A stretch of 64,000 nucleotides of DNA. Origin: the human T2T-CHM13v2.0 reference genome, Homo sapiens. A model generated the notes under the pieces. The model searched no databases. It was not told the DNA's origin and saw nothing but the letters and a program-made list of their open reading frames with translations. Shown here in pieces: positions 1 to 12,251 of this stretch. The translations under genes and the position numbers were made by a program. Location: the NCBI RefSeq assembly GCF_009914755.1, contig NC_060927.1, one strand, 5' to 3'. Numbering within the stretch: the first letter of the stretch is position 1; the number at the start of each line of letters is the position of its first letter.

Positions 1-1538
1 CTGGGTTCTGAACTGAGAAGTCTGGGTTCCCTGAGAATTGGACATCAGTTCAACCACAGGAAGCCTCTAAATTTAGCACTCTACTCACAGAGGGCCAAGA
101 AAAATTCACAAATGTCACAAACTTAGGAACTTAGGTATCTAGTCTTCTCTGTCATTTTGTAATGAGAAACTGAGGCCCATAGGTAAAACATCTCACCTCC
201 AGTCACACAGGTAAGTACATGGCAGGGCAAGGACAGGCACCCAGTTTTCCCAAGTCCAGTGGCCTTTTCATGATACCCATTTCTGTGTATCATTTCATTG
301 ATTTCTGTGACAGCTGGCCCTTTGCCCCACATCACCAAATCTTAACTCTTTGGACTTTAATAATGTGCAAAATTAAGAGGAAGTCTGGCATCGGGAGCTT
401 TACACAACTCAGAGAGAACTGAGGAAAGTAGTTAGCATGTTAACTGTGCCTCACCTTGACCTGAAGTGAAGAGCACTCACCAAGCCACAACCTGCTATCT
501 GCACACCCCACACCATGAGGTAAAGGACAGCCAAGGAAGAGAAAGGAAAGAAAAGCAATCCGGCAGGGAGATCAGGGAGCGAAACGAACAGAGAAACGAA
601 CAGAGGTTTTTTCCAAGGGCCTTCTATTTTTCTACAATCTCCACACATTCAGTACTGAGACACATTAAGAAGGGCCCACTGAGGCCATCATTCACCCTAC
701 TCTCGGGCTGCTTCCATCCTCCAGGCTTCTAGAAGTTGAGAAAGTATGAGCTTCATTGTTAATTATATTACAGAAAATGGGACCAGCTGGGTTGCACCCA
801 CTCCCCTGTGTCTGGACCTCCTGCCTATGTAGCAGAAAAGGATCTTTCTGCTGAATTAATATTCACCTCAGAGCCCTGGGAGATGTCTGATGAAAAGTAG
901 TTTTTGAAGAGTCTTGTGACAACCAGCAATTTCGGCAAAGCTATGTCCTCAAGAGTCTTCCAGATTTCCCCAACTCTACAGAATGCTTTTCTTTTTAAAT
1001 ACCATAATCCCATAATCTTTCTCAAAAATTATAAAACTGTATTTTATTTTTCTCATTTATTTGGGAGTTTGGTAAGAAACGTTTGGGAAGAAATGCTTTT
1101 ATGGAGAAACTACTCAGATTTGAAACTACCTAGTTTATACTACCAGAAGACAGAGATTCAGGTTAGCTAGTTTGCTAATCCTCACAGTTTCAGAGATATG
1201 CCTTGTATTTTTCCAGATTATAGGCTTTGAGGACATTCACCAATAGCATCCTCCTCTGAATGTATTTTGGTCCTTTTGCTAAGCTATGTCTTATTTTATA
1301 GTCCTCCAAATGATGATCTATGACTTCTCTGCCTGCTCATTAGAGGAAGAAAAGCTCAGATGCATTGCTAACTATTATTTCAATGCCAGTGGAACTGGAG
1401 AAATGCTTGAAAAAGTAATCTCAGGTTGTAAAAAAGAACTATCTTTTTTTGGTTGCAGGAGCTAGAACCCTATTATTCTGAGAGTAAATTTTCTATTATT
1501 CCTATCTAATTCATTTTCTTGGGAGATGAAACTCCCTC

Positions 1539-1835
1539 TTTTTTTTGGTGGGGAGACAGGGTCTCACTTTGTCACCCAGGATGATGATGATGGAGTGCTG
1601 TGGCACGATCACGGCACACTGAAGCCTCGACCTCCTAGGCTCAAGCGATTCTCTCACTTCAGCCTCCTGAATAGCTGGGACCACAGACACACACCACCTT
1701 ACCCAGCTAATTTTTTGTATTTTTTTGTAGAGACAGGGTTTTGCCGTGTTGCCCAGGCTGGTCTCGAAGTCCTGGGCTCAAGCGACCCGCTCACCTTGGC
1801 CTCCCAAAGTGCTGGGATTACAGGTGTGAGCCCCT
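1539..1835 (-). mobile_element. Alu (old, AluJ-like)
   Basis: Reverse Alu with gagacagggtctcac...ctcccaaagtgctgggattacagg; diverged. Confidence 0.9.
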
Positions 1836-2576
1836 CACTGCTCCTGGCTCCCTCATTATTATATTTCCTGAAGTTGACATGATTTGGGTCCTTTACTTAG
1901 AAATTGTCATCACACAATTTCAGAAAGGTAAAGAAATCCATTTTTATTGGCAACTTTGGGCTATGCTTCATCCTGGCAAAAATTTAAAAGCAGTACACTT
2001 CGACGTGGCTCACTTTCCTGCACACCTCAGGCAGCTTGTACAGACTATCCAAGAAAAAATGAGGAGGAAAGTGCTCCATCAAGGAAGAGGGATGAGATGG
2101 GAGCATAATTCACACACTAAGAACTGAGTTCTAAAGTCACTTGAGCTTTCTGGAGCTCAGTTACCTGTAAAACAAGGAAGAATGAATGGTCTTTATGGAA
2201 AATGAATGGCAGAATAAGTGATTTGTCAAGTTCATTGAACTATAAATTCCATTTTTACTGTCATTTATTTATAACAAAGTTCAGATATAAAGAAAAATCT
2301 GAACATACAGTAGGCACAGATAAACCTATAGCAAATATTCACATGTGGTTTGAATGCATTTATTAATCTCTGTACTTATTAGAATTAATAATAATACTAA
2401 AATGATTTGGAGAATTAATGATTAATAACAGTGGAAAATAGCCTTCCCATTATTGTTAGAGGATGGTGCCATCATGATGCTAAATGCCTATCTGAGGGGA
2501 AGCTCATAAATATTACTTGACAATATTACTTGATAAATATTTGTTGAAAAAAGAAATGTAGTAAAGAAGCAAGGAT

Positions 2577-2745
2577 GGCTGGGCATGGTGGAGCATGGCT
2601 GTGGTCCCAGCTAACTTGGGATGCTGAGGTGGGAGGATTGTTTGAGGGAAGCTGAGTTTGCAGTGAGCCAAGATTGCACTACTGCACTGCAGCCTGGGTG
2701 ACAGAGTGAGACCCTCTCCAAAAAAAGAAAAAAAAAAAGAGAAAA
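2577..2745 (+). mobile_element. Alu monomer (FRAM or right arm) with A tail
   Basis: ggctgggcatggtgg...cccagcta...gcagtgagcc...gcctgggtgacagagtgagacc followed by an A-rich tail. Confidence 0.85.
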
Positions 2746-4283
2746 AGAAGCAGCAGCAACGAAAGGAGGGAGGAAGGGAGAAAGTTTACTTTGATATGCC
2801 ATATGATTGAAACAAATGCTCTTTTTTCAAAGACAAGGATTATACTCCTTTGCATTCCAGCTACTTTGGTCCATTGTAACTTGGTAACCTTTGCCTTGAA
2901 AACAAAAAGAATCCCTGGATATAATCTCCTTCCTTGTAATTTTTTTTATAAGATGCCAGTATGGTAATAGGTCCATTAGCAAGTAAGTACAGGCACATCT
3001 TATTTTATTATACTTCTCAGATACTGCATTTTTTACAAATTGAAGGTTTGTGGCAACCCTGCATCAAGGAAGTCTGTTGACATCATTTTTGCAATAGTAT
3101 GTACTCACTTTATGTCTCTGTGTCACATTTTGGTAATTCTTGCCATATTTCACACTGTTTCATTATTATCTCTGTTATTAAAATCTGTAGTCAACGATCT
3201 TTGATGTTGCTATTATAATTACTGGGGGCACCATGAACCACACTTATATAACACAGTAAACTTAATAAATGTGTGTATGTTCTGATTGCTCCAACAACCA
3301 ACCTTTCTCCAATCTTTCTCCTTCTTCTCAGGCCTCCTTAGTCCCTGAGACACAATATTGAAAGTAGATCAATTAATAACCCTAAAATAGCCTCCAGGTA
3401 TTTCAAGTGAGAGGAAGTTGCAATCTTTCACTTTAAATCAAAAGCTAGAAATGAATAAGCTTAGTGAGGAAGGTGTGTCAAAAGCTGAGACAGGCTGAAA
3501 GCTAAGCCTCTTATGCCAAACAACCAAGTTGTAAATGCAAAGGAAAAGTTCTTGAAGGAAATTAAAAGTGCTACTTTGTGAATGCATGAATGATAAAAAA
3601 GTAAAACAGCCTTACTGCTGATATGGAGAAACTTTGAGTCATCTGAATAGAAGATCAAGCCAGCCACAAAATTCCCTTAAGCCAAAGCCTAGTTCAGAGC
3701 AAGGCCCTAACTCTCTTCAATTCTATGAAAGCTAAAGGGAGGTGAGGAAGCTTCAGAAAAAAAGTTTGAAGGTAGCAGAGTCTGGTTCATGAGTTTGAAG
3801 AAAAGAAGCCTTGTGCATCCATAAAAGTGCAAAGTAAAGCAGCAAATGTTGATGTAGAAGCTGCAGTAAGTTATCCAGAAGATCTAGTTAAGATAATTAA
3901 TGAAAGTGGCTACACTAAACAATAGATTTTCAAAAGAGATGAAACAGCCTTATATTGGAAGAAGATGCCATCTCAGACTTACGTATCTAGAGAGGAGTAG
4001 TCAATGCCTCACTTCAAAGCTTCAACCAACAGGCTTACTCCTTGTTAGAAGTTAACGCAGCTGGTGATTTTAAGTTGAAATCAATGCTCATTTACCATTT
4101 CCCCAAATCCTATGACTTTTCAGAATTATGCTAAATCTAATCTGCCTGTGCTCTATAAATGGAGCAACAAAGCCTGAATGACAGCATGTCTATGGACAGC
4201 ATGGTTTACTGGACATTTTAAGCTCACTTTTTGAGTCTTACTGCTCAGAAAAAAAAAGAATCTTTTAAAAATATTGCTGTTCG

Positions 4284-4582
<299 letters not shown>

Positions 4583-5594
4583 TTATATATTTTATATATG
4601 TATATAAAATATATATATAAATGATCAGTTCCAGACCACTATAATATATATATATATAGCTGTTCACTGACAATATACCCAGTCACCCAAGAACTTGGAT
4701 AGAGATATACAAGGAGATTAATATTTTCGTGCCTGCTAACACAATACCTATTGTGCAGCACAGGAATCAAGGAGTCATTTGCACTTTTCGTAAGACTATA
4801 ACTGTCACAGATTGTGATCCCGCTAATGGATCTGGGCAAAGCAAATTAAAAACCTGGAAAGGATTCACCATTCTAGATGCTGTTAAGAACATCGTGATTC
4901 ATGGGAGAAGGTCAAAATAGGAAGATCAATGAGTTCGGAAACTGATTCCATCCCTCATGGATGATTTTAAGAGGCCCAAGACTTCATTGGAGGAAGCTCT
5001 GCTATAGACATAGTGGAAATAGCAAGAGAACTGGAATTAGAAGTGGAGCCTGAAGATGTGACTGAATTGCTGCAATCTCATTACAAAAGTTTAATAGATG
5101 AAGACTTGCTTCTTATGAATGAACGAAGAAAGTGATTTCTTGAGATGGAATCTACTCGCGTAAGTTGCTATGTACATTATTGAAATGACAACAAAGGATT
5201 TACAACATTACATAAATTTCATTAATAAAGCAGCAACAGGGTTTGAGAGGATTGGCTCCAATTTCAAAAGAAGTTGTACTACTGGTAAAATGCTATCATA
5301 CAGCATCACATGCTGCAGAGAAATCTTTCATGAAGAAAAAGTCAATCGAAGTGGCAAACTTCATTGCTGTCTTATTTTAAGAAATTGCCACCATCACCCC
5401 CAACCTTCAGTAACCACCACCCTGATCATTCAGCAGCCATCAACATCAATGCAAAAAGATTATGATCATTAGCAATTTTTAGCAATAAAGTATTTTTAAA
5501 ATAAAACATGTACATTTTTTGGACATAAAGCTATTATACACTTAATAGACTACTAAAGAGTGTAAACATAACTTTTATATGCACTGAGAAACCA

Positions 5595-5636
5595 AAAATT
5601 TTGTGTGACTCACTTTATTGCGATATCCACTTTATT
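5595..5636 (-). terminator. Tandem poly(A) signals with U/GU-rich downstream element
   Basis: Minus strand reads AATAAA...AATAAAgtgagtcacacaaaatttttggtttctc. Confidence 0.55.
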
Positions 5637-6455
5637 ATGGTGGTCTGGAACTGATCCTGTAATATCTCCATGGTATGCCTGTGCTGTACAGGGGGTAAAG
5701 TGTGAGGGGTCAAGAATTTTCATGCCAGAAATTCCATAGCAGCCTACTAGAACTCTGGAAGTATCGCCTTTGGCTGCAGTGCCAGATTCTGGTGAGGATT
5801 TCCTGGACCCCGATTTATATCTGAAAAAACACTAAAAATAACAGAAGCAGGGCAGGAAGTGGCTATGATAACAAAGCTGGGCTTGGTACTTTCTCTGGCT
5901 TTTGTGGCCAATATTACTGGACTCCCGTGGTATCAAGTTTCATAAAAGAAACTCATACAAAGCAGAGATATCTTAATTATTTTCAGACTGGCATTTCAAA
6001 AAGTGTCAATTTAAGTAAGTATTATAAGTTATTTGTTCTTTGTTTTATCTTTTCAGATGTTTCTTGAAAACATTGTGGTGTGATCTTTAACAGAGTTTTC
6101 ACTTACCAATTAATACAAAAAATAAGAAAAAGCTTTAAATACATATTTTATAAAATTTTATATGCCAAATAAGGTCCTTCATATAAGAAAAGGAAAATAA
6201 TATCAATTTTCAGTACTATTATTTAGCACTAGAGCCCCTCCAGTTAGAAAAACAATTCTTTTAAATGTCTTTATGATTTGAGGTTTCAATAATAACTCAT
6301 GAATAGGTGAAAGTTTGCTATTTATTTAGTCTTAGAAAAACACTGAAAGAAAAAGGCAGGAAATGTAGTACGCAGTGTGGAAGAATGGAGCTGGCCACAT
6401 GTAGTTTTAGCAGCTGCAGAGGAAACTGGCTGAGTCTAAGGTTACATATTTCTGC
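5600..6455 (-). other. CCDC80: CCDC80 proximal 3' UTR
   Basis: AU-rich sequence after the stop. AATAAA on the minus strand at 6326-6321, 5636-5631 and 5619-5614. Longer isoforms may extend further. Confidence 0.6.
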
Positions 6456-6802
6456 TCAGTAAGGGTATCCATGGTGATAACTCTCATGATGACGGTAGTC
6501 ATCCTGGTAACCATCCTGGTATCCTTGGTGGTAACTATGGTAACCATAGCCTGCATACTCATCTTCTGGGCAGCGCATCCCCAGTGACTGCTGAATCGCC
6601 ATTTCCTGTCTCCGAAGTTGCATCGAATCAATTAAATCGTACACAATCACCATGGACCACATTGGGGAAGGATACCAGGATTTGACATTTCCGTCTTTTC
6701 CGACTAGAAGCATGGAGAAGTACTCCGGGCTCACTTGAAAATAGTTACGAATGTCTTTCACCAAATGGGCTGGTACGTCTTCTCGCTCAACAACAGAGCT
6801 CC
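6456..6802 (-). CDS. CCDC80: CCDC80 last coding exon (347 nt to TGA; GSSVVERED...YHHGYPY*)
   Basis: Acceptor ttctag|GG, stop TGA at 6458-6456. Exon sum 1878+157+137+149+104+81+347 = 2853 nt = 950 aa plus stop. Confidence 0.96.
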
Positions 6803-7295
6803 CTAGAATAACATTGGAATAGTTATTGTTAGTAGATTAAACAGTCAGAGCCCATGAAAACATTAAAGTGTGAGGAAATTACTGTGAGAATAGGGAGGAC
6901 CCATGAGCCTCTTCTCTTTAGTTCAAAATCTAATTAAAGAAGTTTGCTGGGGCTTTTTCTACTAGAAATTAAATGTCCCTGCTTTCTGCAACACGATTAG
7001 GGTCAAACTTTGGGGCACTCGATGTGTCTTTTGTAGGAATGTTACAAAGTATAAAACCAATTCCTTAATTTAATCCTGGCAAGACTAATTTCTTTAAAAT
7101 TTGTCACTAACAAGGATTATATAGTTTATCTTTCTAAGTTTATTTCCAATTAGCTTAGTTACTTCTCTGTAACTACAGCTTACCTTTTGACACATCTTAA
7201 TGATAAAAAGCTTATTTCATTGTTAAAAGTGAAAATATCAATTCTGTTAAGATCTAGAGGAATATTTAAACTATTGTGAATAGTGAAAAGAATAG

Positions 7296-7772
<477 letters not shown>

Positions 7773-8214
7773 TGAGCCTTTTAGTGTATGTGTCTTTCAG
7801 CTTCTCTGAGCCTTTTAGTGTATGTCCTTATCTGTTGGAATCAATGAGATATGACCTATGTGCCTCACAAAACTATTGTGAGAATTAAATGATATAAAAT
7901 AGAAGAAAATGCTTTGTAAACCATAAGGACCTATACGGACCCCCAAAAAGCATTATTTTAGTTAAGAAAAATGGATATTTTTACTGTTACTTGGAATGGT
8001 TTATATTAGAAATAATATTAGTCCCTGTACTCCACACCCCTTCCCCTACATATCCCGTGCACACACAGGCACACATGCACAAATGCATGAAGTGGGAGGA
8101 GGATTCAATGAACTTTGTTCACCTTAGAGATACACCCACTGCTTGCATATAACTTAATGTAATTTAACTGAACTTAACACTAGTTCATACTGTTTCAAGA
8201 TAACAACACATTAC

Positions 8215-8295
8215 CATTAATTGGGAACAGTTCTAACACTCCCCCAACTTCCTCTCCAACGCCTAAAAGCTTCAGAATGGTTATGTGGCGCAGAC
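8215..8295 (-). CDS. CCDC80: CCDC80 exon 7 (81 nt; GLRHITILKLLGVGEEVGGVLELFPIN)
   Basis: Read manually because it is too short for the ORF track. Acceptor tctctcag|GT, donor ATG|gtaatg. Symmetric phase 1-1. Needed to reach the 2853-nt total. Confidence 0.93.
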
Positions 8296-8543
8296 CTGAG
8301 AGAAAAAAGAAAACCATAGGATTAGAGGAAAGGATTAGAAGTTATCTTTTACTTCAAAGCCCTGATATCTGACAATTAAAAATCTCTTAAATTTAAAAAG
8401 AATATAGAGCATAACCCGATTGAGAAGAATAATCCATTTTAAATTTTTACCATAAGGAAGAAAATACTTTCAAAACCTCAAAGAAGATGAACTGTGATTC
8501 TCATTCTACTAAATGACAAAAAAGAAAAGAAAAGATGAAGCCA

Positions 8544-8844
<301 letters not shown>

Positions 8845-11016
8845 TCATTGGAACATTAAAATATCTGAGCTGATCTAAGCTAGTTAGTGTTCTGAATTTA
8901 TAACAGCTTTTAGGATAACTTAACTTTCAGAGAAAAGACTACAGACTCCATCAATTGTGATGGTTAAAGAAATTGAAATTGTTCTGCTTCCTCACACAAA
9001 ACTGTAGTGGCTTAAAGGATATGTTTTTATCACTAATTTAGAGGATTAAAAGGGAAGACATTTAAGCAAGCACAGCTTGCCTTCATATCCTCTGCTAAAG
9101 TTTCAGGACAGGAGGGAAGGTCATGCCTTGGTAGCTTGTTGGAATTCTTTTGAAGATGAAGTGGATATGAAGAGATTCCAGAGAAAGAAAATAGGAGGAC
9201 AAAGGGGCTGTCAAGCCATCATATCAAGCTTTCATAGTTTTAAATAAAGTCCCAACCTAGTCAGGATAATAACTTGGAACTAATAATAAGGTTGTTGGTG
9301 CTGTTTATTGTCCAGGAGAGAAAAGTGAACACTGCCATGGGAGGGTACTTCTAAGGAGAAGCTAAAATCTAGGCAAAATGCTATTCAAAAAAATTTTTTT
9401 TTCACCTTTACTCTTTTCCCAGAGAAGTGAACTATTCTGTTCTACATATTGGTTAGTCATGTTTTCAAAAGGGAAGATCATCAATTTAATTATTCATTAA
9501 TTAATAAATGTGAACATGACTTGTTCGCATTTTGGGTATAGTACAAAAGAGTTTGCTTTCACAATGTGACATAGGATCTGTGTGCAGAGATTTAAAGATA
9601 AAGTACCACCAAATAGCTGCTACAAAAGCATCTTTGGAAAATTTAAAAACTGTGGCTTTATTTATATTTTTCTTGTAAAGGTTCTTAACTGCTGTAAGAA
9701 TTTCTATCTTAACTGGCCACATTGGTGGCTATAAATAATTTAAAGTGTGCTTAAGAATACTAGCACAATCAAATTTATATGTTAATATAAAGTCTTAAAT
9801 TATTAACCTTGATAATAGGAGTACAAATAAAAATTTCTGAATTTTCTATTGTTCTTACTATTATGAGTTTGGTTTTGGCCTTCCTTTGAGTTATTTCATA
9901 TCTTAAAATTAAAATGTACTTATAATTTACACATACTAGGTCATAACAAGGACCTTGGCTCTGTTAATGCTTTACAAAACTTACCCTCCTCCCTTTTAAA
10001 AAACAAATCAAGCACAGTTTTGTAACTAGTAGATGATTCTTCCTCCTAATAGAGGCATCAAAATAATGGTGATTCATCTATGTTCTAATGGAGAATTTTT
10101 TAATTTGTTGCCCTTAGCTACTTCCCCCTGCCCCTGCCCCTGCCCAGTGAATCTCTCAAAATTCTTCTTCTGCAGAGGTATATCTCATATGAGATTTCAC
10201 TCATGACTTCTACTTTTGAAATTGTAGTCATCTCCTTGATTTATCATTGAACTTAGTAGTAAGTTCTATATACTATTCATTTTACTGCCTATATATCCAT
10301 ATCCAAAATGACATTAGCTCTCTCAGGACACTAGAATAAAAATGTTTGGTAAATAAAGCATATATTCGTTTTCAAAATTCTGAGCGATTCACTACAAAAA
10401 ACAGTAAACTATGTTTTTCTTTGGCCTGCTTGTCTTTAAAATAAGGTTTTATTTAAGAGATCTTGCTACTTTCTTAGTGCTCAGTTATAGATAAAAATCC
10501 TTTTTTAAAAAAAATTCTTTCACTAAGTCTTCTGAGTTTTGAAGATAAAAATCATTTTTAAGAGAAGGGCAATATAGTCTGCTTCAATTAATATATTATT
10601 CCCAGAGCCATTCCTATTTTTAAAAAGACATTTAATCTATGGAGTATCCAGTGATGGTATGTAAGTAGATATTCGAGTATTACCTAAGTGAATGGTAATA
10701 CCTAAGTGAGACAATTTAAAAAAAAACTGAAGATAAATGATACAGATCATTAAAAGTAAATCAGAAGATATTTTCAAACACATGAATGAAGAAGAACTAG
10801 AGAGGAGAGAATATTGAGGGAAAAAAAAATCCACAGTTGACTAAAGCTCCAGTCTAAAAGCAACTTTATACTCAATATAGTAGAGTATGTGTCTGGAAAC
10901 CTGAACAGTCTGAACTAGGAATCATTTTGAATGATCTAAGGTTCTATGTTCCATTTTAGAATTGACCAGGAGGAGAGTGGTATGGGAAAGCAGTAATGAG
11001 GTGGCTTCCCACTCAC

Positions 11017-11120
11017 CAAAATTGCACGCCTGACCACTGAGGGCAGAGAGCTGCTGTGAATAGGCCCAGTCTTCATCGTTAGGAGCAGAGATCACCAGCA
11101 ACCTCCTCCTCCACCGGAAC
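11017..11120 (-). CDS. CCDC80: CCDC80 exon 6 (104 nt; FRWRRRLLVISAPNDEDW...ACNF)
   Basis: Acceptor tttttccag|G, donor TTG|gtgagt. Start of the third DUF4174 repeat: RLLVISAP parallels RVWVISAP and RLLLITAP. Confidence 0.95.
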
Positions 11121-11893
11121 CTGGAAAAAAAAAGCAGGACACCATTACTGCTTACTGCTTCAAACAATAAAAACCAATGTAGGAAACCAGAGTGACTTAG
11201 GCTAGCAATTTTTTTCTGTGCCCAGAAAAAAAAAAAGAAAAAAACAGAGAACTGTCCCATGCTTCTCAAAGCCATTAAACTGCATTGCTACACTCCTGTA
11301 GTTTTTCTGTTGTAACTTCACAGTCTTTCTGCTTTGGCATTTGCATGACGTGTCAAGCATGAGTCTGTGGTCACAATGCCTAATGAGGTCACTTGGGGAG
11401 AGACAAACTCTCAGATGCAATGAAGACAGGCCAAAATTGTACATTAAACTGTAGCAATGGAAATGAGAAACTCAGAGGACAACTGAAGAGAACTCGTCTT
11501 AGTGGAGTTACTGCTAGAGTTTAGAAGGGGTTAAGAAATGAATATACGGAAAGGAGATAGAGTAGAAAAAGATAACTGTATTTTAAGTAGATTACAGTGA
11601 CAGGAAAAAGGAAAATGGGAGAGTGGTTTAAAGGTTCAAAGAGGATTCCTGGAAAAACGAAACCCTATGTACCTTCCTCAGTAGCCAGTGGTTCTTCCAG
11701 AGGCAAATGCAATTTCTAAAATGTACCCTATTATTAATAAGCGCCAATGCTTACAAAGTACTTCTATAAAGTGGAATGATATTAAGCCTAGAACCATAAG
11801 ATTTTAGAATATATAGTAAACTTAGTTTCTGTTTTTACAGTTCCAACACAGTAGAGTAGCAGAAAAAGCTTTTGTCTTTTTGGGTGTCGTTGA

Positions 11894-12251
<358 letters not shown>

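Noticed and set aside
2508-2540. Short tandem duplications (AATATTACTTGA x2; also near 581-605, 10681-10709 and 56761-56817)
   Set aside because: Ordinary slippage duplications with only two or three units and no spacers; not CRISPR-like.
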